Shown here in pieces: positions 16,552 through 23,946 of a stretch of 28,719 nucleotides of DNA. Both the position numbers and the translations under genes were made by a program. The notes beneath the pieces are model-generated. The model saw nothing but the letters and a program-made list of their open reading frames with translations. It searched no databases and was not told the DNA's origin. The stretch covers positions 1 to 28,719 of the IMG/VR virus record IMGVR_UViG_3300045988_150762; one strand, given 5' to 3'. The DNA comes from a virus. How positions within the stretch are numbered: the stretch's first letter is position 1; every line of letters begins with the position of its first letter.

Positions 16552-18810
16552 ATGGCACAAGACACAAGTAACGTTAAATATCTTGCGAAGTTTGCAGGAG
16601 CGGACGGGGCGCAGAGGGAGTTTCAAATAATAGACAACTCTGGCGAATGGGTAACGCAACAGATAGTTCTTACTGCTCTGTCGCTGGACGAGGATAACAG
16701 CGAAGAAATCTTTGAACCTATGCGCATTTGGTCTGGGAGCGTGTCTTTCTATTCTGACGGTATAACCTTAGAGGACTTGACGCCTCAAACATCGCAGAGC
16801 CTTATAGTTAAAATCGTTCGGGGTGAAGAAACGGAATTTATAGGGTATCTGCAGGGCGAGTCGCTATCGCAGTCATACGGCCAGCACGGTGAGGTATTAT
16901 CTTTTACGGTTGCCAGTCGTCTGTCTGTCGGGTCGGGACTTGAATACAAAGAGGAGCTAAGCTGTTCGGCGGACAATATACTAACATTAGGGCAACTGCT
17001 GTATGATTGTCTAAAGCAATGCGGGGCAGAAGATACTGATGCTATATATTTGTGTGATAGCGTGCTTCTTACTGCGGAGGCGGGTAGCCCGTGGAAGTTG
17101 TTCGCCGCTGTTGTAGATAGGTATAGATTTTACAAAGAGAATAACGATAAGACTATAAACGAGGACTACACGAAAGACGATGTTTACACTATAGTAGCAG
17201 AGATATTGCGACCGTTCGGCCTGATGATGCACGAACAGGGAGCGAACTTTGTTATTACTCACACAAATATAAGCACCTCAACAACGTATCGCATGTTGTT
17301 TATTTCGCAACTGAAAGACATCACAGAAGCGAATACTACAGGCGAAACAAATACCCCTATGACTGTCCACTTCGTTGACGGGTCTGTACTGTATGGCACA
17401 GACCAGAGAGCGGACTACTATCGAGGCTCTAAGAAGTTCCGTGTTACTCTTAATCTGGGCTTGCAGGAGGTTGACGTGTTTAAAAATTTGTTGGATTTTG
17501 AACTATATACGCGCAACACTTCGGCCTATCGTTTTTGGGGCGAGAGAAACGACACTGAAGCCCCTGTAGTCTCTATATCATATTTTGACCCAATTAACAC
17601 AAAATATAGCAATGTGCGCTGTTACCCGTACAGGCTACAGGAGGACGCAGGCTCAAGCGAGGGTGTTCGCTTTGTTCAGGCAGAGGACTTATCTACGTGG
17701 ACAGACGACCAGCGGCCAGGGTGTACCCCGATTGCATTCCGCGGAGTTCTGAACCCACGCAAACCTCGCACACCTTTTGAACCGACACCAGAGGACACAG
17801 ACTGGCAGAAAGGGTTCATTGTTAACCCCTCACAATATCAGCGCCCAGCTTCGTCACACAAGAACGAAGTCTATGTTGCCGGGTTGCCGTTAATATCAGT
17901 AACAACGCAAAAGGGCTTCCTCTTATATGAGGGTAAGTTTGTTTTGTCTATGTCTGTTGCTCACCACAGGTATCCAACAGACGGAGGAGCAAAGCAGACG
18001 AACCCCAGTAAGGACGCTTTTTTTCTTGGGCAGAGGTTTTCTATAGGAACTATGTATTATGGAAACGCTGACGACGGGTTAGGGTCTGTGACCTGGGGGC
18101 CAACTAATAACATAATAGCTTTGTATATTACAGGAGGGAGCGGTGGCGATGCACAACTGGAAGATGATGTAATGCTCTCGCACCCCGACACGCCTAAGTG
18201 GTTTTTCCCTGGCGTTTTTGCGCTTCCGTACCATGCGGGAGAACGCAAGCTAATGCGCGGAAAAATAAATTGGGGGCTATATCTTGGGGGGCCTTTTCTC
18301 AATCCTGACGACCCTAACAACCCAGAAGCCCCAAAAAGTATCGTTTTCCCATTAAAAACGGCAGGCGTAATTCTGTCGGGGCTGTCTTTGTCTTATGACG
18401 GCCAAAGGGATAAACCTTTTCTTGACACAAAGAATAAAGACACACGAGACTACTACAAAAACAGCGACAACGGCTTCGACGGAGAAGAAAAGCGTGTAAC
18501 TACGTTGTTCGGGTCATACGCCGAGGGGGGCGGCAGTGCGCTGTCTAATATGTTTTACAACAATGAGCCTATCACAACAATATATAACGGAGTTAGCGAC
18601 ATCATAATTGAAGAAGCCTTAGTTCAGCAGCTTAAAAAATATTATGACAGAATTTGCGAAATTAGGACAATTACAATAAAAGACGAAGCTACGAAGTATT
18701 ATGCGGGAGATATTATTGCGATGGAGGACGGGGAATTCCTTACACTTGCCGTGTCGGTTGACTACCTGAACGGCGTTCGCAAGCTTACAGTAACGAAAAT
18801 CATAACATAA
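16552..18810 (+). CDS. Tail tip / baseplate protein (Dit/Tal-like role, putative receptor binding)
   Basis: 752 aa and the only large gene between the tape measure and the lysis region. No specific motif recognised. Confidence 0.55.
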   Translation: MAQDTSNVKYLAKFAGADGAQREFQIIDNSGEWVTQQIVLTALSLDEDNSEEIFEPMRIWSGSVSFYSDGITLEDLTPQTSQSLIVKIVRGEETEFIGYLQGESLSQSYGQHGEVLSFTVASRLSVGSGLEYKEELSCSADNILTLGQLLYDCLKQCGAEDTDAIYLCDSVLLTAEAGSPWKLFAAVVDRYRFYKENNDKTINEDYTKDDVYTIVAEILRPFGLMMHEQGANFVITHTNISTSTTYRMLFISQLKDITEANTTGETNTPMTVHFVDGSVLYGTDQRADYYRGSKKFRVTLNLGLQEVDVFKNLLDFELYTRNTSAYRFWGERNDTEAPVVSISYFDPINTKYSNVRCYPYRLQEDAGSSEGVRFVQAEDLSTWTDDQRPGCTPIAFRGVLNPRKPRTPFEPTPEDTDWQKGFIVNPSQYQRPASSHKNEVYVAGLPLISVTTQKGFLLYEGKFVLSMSVAHHRYPTDGGAKQTNPSKDAFFLGQRFSIGTMYYGNADDGLGSVTWGPTNNIIALYITGGSGGDAQLEDDVMLSHPDTPKWFFPGVFALPYHAGERKLMRGKINWGLYLGGPFLNPDDPNNPEAPKSIVFPLKTAGVILSGLSLSYDGQRDKPFLDTKNKDTRDYYKNSDNGFDGEEKRVTTLFGSYAEGGGSALSNMFYNNEPITTIYNGVSDIIIEEALVQQLKKYYDRICEIRTITIKDEATKYYAGDIIAMEDGEFLTLAVSVDYLNGVRKLTVTKIIT

Positions 18811-18814
18811 CAAC

Positions 18815-19069
18815 ATGAAAAAAATAGACAATACAATAGACCGCACATTAAAACGGTTTGCGGAGATACCAAAAGACAAGTATATGCACGTATGTATATC
18901 AAGCGCACTTACAGCAGTGTTCGGGCTGTTTCTCCCGTTTGTTCCGCTGCTTGCGGTAATGACGATTATCTACCTGTACAAGGGGGTAAGAGACGCACAG
19001 GGCAGAGGCTGTGCAGAATGGGGAGACCTGATTGCGGATTATATAGGCTTTTTGATTGGTGTAATATAA
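18815..19069 (+). CDS. Small membrane protein (84 aa)
   Basis: Hydrophobic spans ISSALTAVFGLFLPFVPLLAVMTIIYLY and LIADYIGFLIGVI. Confidence 0.5.
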   Translation: MKKIDNTIDRTLKRFAEIPKDKYMHVCISSALTAVFGLFLPFVPLLAVMTIIYLYKGVRDAQGRGCAEWGDLIADYIGFLIGVI

Positions 19070-19080
19070 AATAAATTGTT

Positions 19081-19497
19081 ATGTATGTAAAAGGACGTGA
19101 TTTGTTATTGTATCGGTACGTTGGCAATCAATATGTACCAATCGCAAGTTGTCAGGCGTGCAGCTTGCAAATAAAAAACGATGCCGTGGAGCGGCTGCCC
19201 GAGGGAGAATGGGCGTGGCGTGAATATATCCCAACAAAAAACGCGTGGGGTATTAGTGCAAGCGGCTTGATTGACCTTACAACATACGGTTTGTTTGAAC
19301 TGCTGAATACTCGTGTTGTTATAGTGGTGTCGCATGTGTTACGGGCAGCGGACGACACGGCAAGCGTAGACCCCGCAAAGGCGTATTACCGCAAAGGCAC
19401 GGCAATAATAACAAGTTTGTCGGAGGAGAGCAGCTACGACGGCAAAGCGTCTTGGAATGTACAACTACAAGGTACGGGAAAACTAACGACAATTTAA
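19081..19497 (+). CDS. Second tail-tube-like protein (paralogue of 12932..13423)
   Basis: Alignable by eye to the tube protein: VKGRDLLLY vs VRGKDLMLF, NAWGISASG vs ISWEATSES, KGTAIITSLSEE...NVQLQGTGKL vs GKAFITSLEV...SITLTGKGAL. Confidence 0.55.
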   Translation: MYVKGRDLLLYRYVGNQYVPIASCQACSLQIKNDAVERLPEGEWAWREYIPTKNAWGISASGLIDLTTYGLFELLNTRVVIVVSHVLRAADDTASVDPAKAYYRKGTAIITSLSEESSYDGKASWNVQLQGTGKLTTI

Positions 19498-19522
19498 ATA
19501 CAAATTAAATACAAAAATAATT

Positions 19523-19768
19523 ATGGAGCAAAAATGGAAAGAACTAAGCTATAAGGATAAGTTGTCTTATATCTTATGCGTTAGCGCATTTGTTTTGAGC
19601 GCGGTGTTATTGATAATTGGCATATTAATCCCGCCCGCCGGCGAGATACACGCAAGCGTAATAACGTCTACGGGTATGTTACTTGCGTTTGTTGGGTCTG
19701 TACTTGGAATTAGTCAACACTACAACACGCAACTAAACAAACTTAAATACGAGCTACAAGGAAAATGA
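19523..19768 (+). CDS. Holin candidate (two TM segments)
   Basis: 81 aa, TM1 LSYILCVSAFVLSAVLLIIGILI, TM2 GMLLAFVGSVLGI, charged C-terminus. ATGA overlap with the endolysin gene. Confidence 0.6.
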   Translation: MEQKWKELSYKDKLSYILCVSAFVLSAVLLIIGILIPPAGEIHASVITSTGMLLAFVGSVLGISQHYNTQLNKLKYELQGK

Positions 19769-20235
19769 AAACGAAGATAATAAAACACGAAATTAGTCCA
19801 CGCTTGCCCTATACCCGCAGAAGCATAACAAAACAAATTGTTGTGCATTGTACAGCAACAAGAGAGGGGCGAGATTTTACTGTAGAGGACATAAACAGGT
19901 GGCACAAGAACCGAAACTGGAATTGTATCGGCTACCACTTTGTTGTATACAGAGATGGCACGGTACATGAGGGGCGGCCGATTTGGGCTGTAGGGTCGCA
20001 TGTAAGAGGCTACAACAATACAAGCGTAGGTGTCTGTTATGTGGGCGGCATGACGGCAGACGGCAGCACTATTAAAGACACACGGACAGACGCACAAAAG
20101 GAGGCTTTAAGGGTGCTTCTGCAAGATATAAAAACGTTGTACCCTGACGCGCAAATTTTGGGGCATAGGGATTTGGCGGCGAAGCATTGTCCATGTTTTG
20201 ACGCTTATAACGAGTATAAAGATATACGAGCATGA
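19765..20235 (+). CDS. N-acetylmuramoyl-L-alanine amidase endolysin (Amidase_2/PGRP type)
   Basis: IVVHCTAT, IGYHFVV..DG, GSHVRGYN..S.GVCYVGG, GHRDL....CPCFD motifs. Confidence 0.92.
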   Translation: MKTKIIKHEISPRLPYTRRSITKQIVVHCTATREGRDFTVEDINRWHKNRNWNCIGYHFVVYRDGTVHEGRPIWAVGSHVRGYNNTSVGVCYVGGMTADGSTIKDTRTDAQKEALRVLLQDIKTLYPDAQILGHRDLAAKHCPCFDAYNEYKDIRA

Positions 20236-20597
20236 GGGGTATTTTTTTGTTTATTGTTTTGGGGCTGTGGCTGTCCTCATGCAAAACAAATGAGGTTGTA
20301 AAAGTTGTGCCTGATGTGCATTACAAAGACCAAATACAATTACAGCATGATAGCGTACATGTCCATGATAGCGTATTTAGTACTATTTACGTCCGTGGTG
20401 ACACTGTTTTTTCCGAGAGGTACAAATATAAGTACAAAATAAAATACCGCCTAAAATACGACACTGTAAGCGTAAGAGATAGTATTCCCTACCCTGTTGA
20501 GGTTGTAAAATACAGAACAAAGAAAAACGCGTTGCCGTGGTGGTTGTTAAGTGTTATGTTCGTCGTGTTGTCCATAGTGCTGTGCCGACGGTCATAA
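20232..20597 (+). CDS. Unimolecular spanin candidate (lipobox plus C-terminal TM)
   Basis: N-terminal FIVLGLWLSSC lipobox and C-terminal WWLLSVMFVVLSIVLC TM helix. ATGA overlap with the endolysin gene. Confidence 0.5.
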   Translation: MRGIFLFIVLGLWLSSCKTNEVVKVVPDVHYKDQIQLQHDSVHVHDSVFSTIYVRGDTVFSERYKYKYKIKYRLKYDTVSVRDSIPYPVEVVKYRTKKNALPWWLLSVMFVVLSIVLCRRS

Positions 20598-20605
20598 ATA
20601 CAAAA

Positions 20606-20647
20606 ATATGCTTGATAGTTGCGAATGACTAACAAGCATATTTTTTT
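20606..20647 (+). terminator. Rho-independent terminator at the end of the late operon
   Basis: ATATGCTTG (20606-20614) / CAAGCATAT stem followed by a T-run through 20647. Confidence 0.75.
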
Positions 20648-20677
20648 GAAGAAAGTGCTAAAAACTTGATAAACAAC

Positions 20678-20708
20678 TTTGTTATTTCAAGATAAAATAG
20701 TACTTTTG
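20678..20708 (+). promoter_or_regulatory. Consensus Bacteroidota promoter (TTTG-19nt-TACTTTTG)
   Basis: TTTG at 20678-20681, an exact 19-nt spacer, and TACTTTTG at 20701-20708. Confidence 0.6.
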
Positions 20709-20763
20709 TATTGCGTTCAAAGAGGAACGAAAAACTACATTATTAACATTAAAACTCAAAACA

Positions 20764-20859
20764 ATGAAGATTAAAATTGAATTCTTCTCGTTTAAATTCG
20801 GGTTGCTTGCTGATTTTTCCTTATTCCGCTGGACAAAAGAGGCTAACCGCAAAAAGTAA
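20764..20859 (+). CDS. Possible 31-aa small ORF in a short promoter-to-terminator unit
   Basis: ATG 20764 to TAA 20857-59 (MKIKIEFFSFKFGLLADFSLFRWTKEANRKK). Coding status is uncertain. Confidence 0.25.
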   Translation: MKIKIEFFSFKFGLLADFSLFRWTKEANRKK

Positions 20860-20872
20860 ACGGTGAAAACCC

Positions 20873-20916
20873 AAAAGGGGCGGAGGCGAACAAAAGTAAC
20901 CTCCAAACCTTTTTTA
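20873..20916. terminator. Terminator-like hairpin with flanking A and T tracts
   Basis: AAAAGG..GGAGG (20882-86) ... CCTCC (20900-04)..CCTTTT nested stems, with a T-run at 20910-20915. Confidence 0.45.
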
Positions 20917-20967
20917 ATCTTATTGTAATGAGTTTGTCGCAAAATTACTAATTATATTTAAACCACG

Positions 20968-21162
20968 ATGAAGAAAGATGAGAAAAAAACATGGGGGGGC
21001 GCAAGACAAGGCGCAGGACGCAAGAAGAAAGATAACAAAGTGTTGCAGGTGTATATGAGCGAAACAGACATGTTAAGGCTAAAAGCACTTTCTAAAGCGC
21101 ACAAAATGCCAGTAGGCGAATACATTAGCAACGTTCTTCTGCCTTTAGTGGAAGAAAATTAA
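20968..21162 (+). CDS. Small DNA-binding protein, ribbon-helix-helix-like (regulator or directionality-factor candidate)
   Basis: N-terminal WGGARQGAGRKKK motif followed by a short strand-helix-helix-like region. 64 aa, directly upstream of the att-like region and int. Confidence 0.45.
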   Translation: MKKDEKKTWGGARQGAGRKKKDNKVLQVYMSETDMLRLKALSKAHKMPVGEYISNVLLPLVEEN

Positions 21163-21184
21163 ACGATAGTTTTATTATCTGTAG

Positions 21185-21226
21185 AGGCTTGGCAGTCTGT
21201 TTCTAATTTGCCGAGCCTTATTTTTT
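21185..21226 (+). terminator. Rho-independent terminator
   Basis: 10-bp stem AGGCTTGGCA (21185-94) / TGCCGAGCCT (21209-18) with one G-U pair, followed by TATTTTTT. Confidence 0.7.
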
Positions 21227-21636
21227 ACGTTTAAGTAAAAAAGGTGTAAAGATTTAGGGTTCTGTTTTTCCTTTGGTTTTGTGACGTGTACATTACAATA
21301 ACGTACTCGGAACGTGTTTTCTTTCGTTGCGTCAATTTTTTACACTGAATTTACACCCTGCAAAGGGTAAATTATTATCTAACTTGCTACTTTTCAATAG
21401 GTTACACAACGCTTTTTCTGGGGTTGTTTTTCCGCTTCGAGTACCCCAAAAGGTAAATTTTGAGGGTGCAAAGCAAAGAAAATCAGCAAGTTAGGGAGGT
21501 AGGGAAATTTTTCAATTTTTCGGGATTTTTCGGATTTTTACCCCTTTTTTCGGGGTTTTACCCCCTTTTTACCCTGTAAAAATGAATATTTTGAAGTATA
21601 TTTGCCATTGGCTAACAATTTTAAAATATTAAGACG
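21227..21636. repeat. Non-coding att-like region with multiple TTTACCC / TTTACAC motif copies (candidate attP arm sites)
   Basis: 410 nt without an ORF next to int. TTTTACCCC occurs twice, TTTTACCCTG once and TTTACACCCTG once, and inverted copies occur as AGGGTAAATT, AAGGTAAATT and GGTGTAAAG. TTTTCGGGA/TTTTCGGA direct repeats are also present. Confidence 0.5.
21597..21604 (+). promoter_or_regulatory. Candidate -7 box (TATATTTG) for int
   Basis: TAnnTTTG match 33 nt upstream of ATG 21637. No good -33 element. Confidence 0.35.
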
Positions 21637-22839
21637 ATGAAAAAAGAAAGAAAATTTGCATCGGAGGGGCTAATGGGCGGAGACGCAACAGACAACCCCA
21701 AATTAATGTACAGGGCATTAGAGAACGGAAAATTAAGCCTTTTTCTCGTTTATTACTATGGGTACAAAAAAGTAAAAGACGAAAAGACGGGGGCGGAGAA
21801 GATAAAGCACTTCCGAAAAAAAGAGACACTGAAATTATATGTTTTCGCTGACCCTATCAATACGGAGGAAAGACAATATAATAAAAAAGTTCTCATGCTT
21901 GCTAAAAAAATACGGTTTGAGCGAGAACAGGAACTGCTTGAAAATCGGGAGGGCTACAGATTGCAAAGTGACTTCAAAATAAATTTTTTCGATTATTTTC
22001 AGCACTATGTGGACGAGTGGAGAACGGAGAAGTCTCCGCGGCCGTTGAGGCTTGCGTTGAAGCTGTTCAGAGAATTTATCGGCGGTTCTGTCAGATACTG
22101 CCAATTTGAGGGCAATCTTGAACCTAACCAGATTACCCCCGAAATGATTAGGGATTTTACGAGGTTCTTGCAAGATAACTGTATAGGGACGGGGGCGGCT
22201 ACACACTACAAACGTTTTCGGAAAGTCATAAACTATGCCGTGGATAACGGTGTTATAAAGAAAAATCCATGCGAAAAGATTACAGTAAGAGAGGGACAGC
22301 AGAAAATGAAAGACTTTTTGTCGGCTGATGAGGTGCGGACGTTAGCGAAAACACATTATTTGGGTGAGAACCCTGTTATAAGGAGGGCGTTTTTGTTTTC
22401 CTGCCTTACGGGGTTAAGGTGGTGCGATGTCTGCGCCCTGACGTATGACAATATAGACTACGCTAACAACGTTTTTAGGTTTGTACAGATGAAAACGGAC
22501 AAAGAAATGACCATGCCATTGAATGACACGCTTCTGGGGTTAATAGAAGAACCACACACAGCACAACCCAGCAAGGAGAAAGTTTTCCCCCTGCCAAGCT
22601 TCACAATGTGCCTGAAAGCGTTGAGGCATTGGACGGCAAAGGCACGTATACACAAGCATATAACGTGGCACTGTGCCAGGCACTCGTTTGCTACACAATT
22701 AATATCTAATGGCGTTCATGAGCTTACTGCAGCCAGACTGTTAGGACATAGCAGCCTTAAATATATAGGGGTATACGCGCGAATGCTTGACGAGGACAAG
22801 CGCAAGGCACTGAACACCCTGCCCACGTTAGAACTATAA
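21637..22839 (+). CDS. int: Tyrosine recombinase / phage integrase (Bacteroidetes type)
   Basis: LTGLRWCDV (Arg), HCARHSFAT (H-x-x-R-H), LLGHSSL, and YIGVYARM (catalytic Tyr region). N-terminal LFLVYYYGY arm-binding-like segment. Confidence 0.95.
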   Translation: MKKERKFASEGLMGGDATDNPKLMYRALENGKLSLFLVYYYGYKKVKDEKTGAEKIKHFRKKETLKLYVFADPINTEERQYNKKVLMLAKKIRFEREQELLENREGYRLQSDFKINFFDYFQHYVDEWRTEKSPRPLRLALKLFREFIGGSVRYCQFEGNLEPNQITPEMIRDFTRFLQDNCIGTGAATHYKRFRKVINYAVDNGVIKKNPCEKITVREGQQKMKDFLSADEVRTLAKTHYLGENPVIRRAFLFSCLTGLRWCDVCALTYDNIDYANNVFRFVQMKTDKEMTMPLNDTLLGLIEEPHTAQPSKEKVFPLPSFTMCLKALRHWTAKARIHKHITWHCARHSFATQLISNGVHELTAARLLGHSSLKYIGVYARMLDEDKRKALNTLPTLEL

Positions 22840-22914
22840 AACAATGCTGACATTAATATAACAGGGGACGGCCACAAAGGGTCGCCCCCGTCTTTGTTAT
22901 TATAGGGTGCTTCT

Positions 22915-23334
22915 TTATAATAGGCAGTCCGCAACGGTGCTTGTTACAGAGTTCTCACTTCCGCTTGTTATGTTTCCTCTATTCTGGGTAATGTTATACA
23001 CATAGATGGGGCGTGCGTTTCGCAAAATTAAGCGACGATTTTCGGCACGCAGTTCCCTTTCTCGTTTTTCAGCGTTCAACCGCTTTTCTGTCTGTCTTTT
23101 CACTTCGTCTTTTAACAGGCTGACAGAATAAACTGCCTTTGCAAGCGTTCTGTTTGTCTTTTCTATTAGTTCGTCCTTTTCTCTGGTAAAAAATTTAAGT
23201 GCATCTTCAAAATTTATTACCATTTTCGTTTGTCCGTTCTGAACATCGGGCATGTCCATAAAATTAAACTCGAACACTTCTTTTTGTTCTTCTTCGTTCC
23301 CTCTTGGGGTTTTCGGGCCGGGATCATCTTTCAT
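22915..23334 (-). CDS. Hypothetical coiled-coil protein co-oriented downstream of the repressor (lysogeny-expressed candidate)
   Basis: 139-aa ORF 79 nt downstream of the repressor gene on the - strand. It shares a 22-aa NITQN.GNI...STV segment with the repressor. Confidence 0.6.
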   Translation of the reverse strand: MKDDPGPKTPRGNEEEQKEVFEFNFMDMPDVQNGQTKMVINFEDALKFFTREKDELIEKTNRTLAKAVYSVSLLKDEVKRQTEKRLNAEKRERELRAENRRLILRNARPIYVYNITQNRGNITSGSENSVTSTVADCLL

Positions 23335-23413
23335 AAGTACGGTTTTAATATGTGATTAATAATATTATTTGCATGGGCAGGGGGTGCAATCCTGCTCCCG
23401 TGTGCTCATGCTG

Positions 23414-23791
23414 TTATTTCCCTTTGAGTAGTGCTATAATTTCGTCTTTGTCCCTTAAACGTTCTTCTAACGTTCTGATTAGTTTTTCTTTATCGTCGAG
23501 CGCTTCTTTAAGGCGTGCAACTTCTGCCGCCAGCACTGTACTTTCTCCACGCTGCACTGTGCTTTTTATGTTGTTGCTATTTCCGTTTGCGATATTCCCG
23601 CTATTCTGGGTAATGTTTACAGGCGAGGGGGCGCCCATTAGCTCGCCTAATATTAGGCTTTTTGATTGCGGAATATTCTTTCCGTACTCCCAGTTTTGTA
23701 TGGTTTTAGGGTCTACACCTATCATTTCCGCAAGCTGTTTTTGCGTTAAGCCCAATTTTTTTCTAATATTTTTAATATCTAAAGCATTCAT
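23414..23791 (-). CDS. XRE-family HTH repressor (CI-like) with C-terminal coiled coil
   Basis: IKNIRKKLGLTQKQLAEMIGVDPKTIQNWEYGKNIP is a textbook HTH_3 motif. The gene is divergent from the early operon. Confidence 0.85.
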   Translation of the reverse strand: MNALDIKNIRKKLGLTQKQLAEMIGVDPKTIQNWEYGKNIPQSKSLILGELMGAPSPVNITQNSGNIANGNSNNIKSTVQRGESTVLAAEVARLKEALDDKEKLIRTLEERLRDKDEIIALLKGK

Positions 23792-23823
23792 AATTAGCTA
23801 TTTATTTGTTGTTAATATTTTTA

Positions 23824-23943
23824 ACGGAATATTTCCACGTAATTTCTATTGTCAAACACGGAAAATTCCGTACTTTTGCATTGTAATTTAAAAACAAAAG
23901 CAAATACAAATACAAAAGTAACAATTTTAAAATAAATAACAAA
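23824..23943. promoter_or_regulatory. Immunity switch: operator-like dyads plus two opposed consensus promoters
   Basis: O1 is ACGGAAtatTTCCaCGT (23824-40) and O2 is ACGGAAaaTTCCGT (23858-71). The + promoter is ATTG (23848-51)-19nt-TACTTTTG (23871-78). The - promoter is TTTG (complement of 23940-43)-19nt-TACTTTTG (complement of 23913-20). Confidence 0.55.
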
Positions 23944-23946
23944 ACA

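Noticed and set aside
16552-18810. Diversity-generating retroelement targeting the tail-tip gene
   Set aside because: No reverse transcriptase gene exists anywhere in the genome, and I found no template/variable repeat pair near the 3' end of this gene.
20682-20942. 86-aa - strand ORF in the gap between the lysis and RHH genes
   Set aside because: It has no promoter or start context on that strand and runs against a consensus + strand promoter and terminator-like hairpin. Its composition is low-complexity.
22864-22898. Bidirectional terminator between the convergent int and 139-aa genes
   Set aside because: Only a weak stem (GACGG/CCGTC plus G-U pairs) with the T residues inside the stem could be drawn. 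That is not convincing enough to list as a feature.
23352-23891. 179-aa + strand ORF
   Set aside because: It is fully antisense to the well-supported XRE repressor gene (23414..23791 -), and its product is low-complexity Ser/Leu/Phe-rich sequence.
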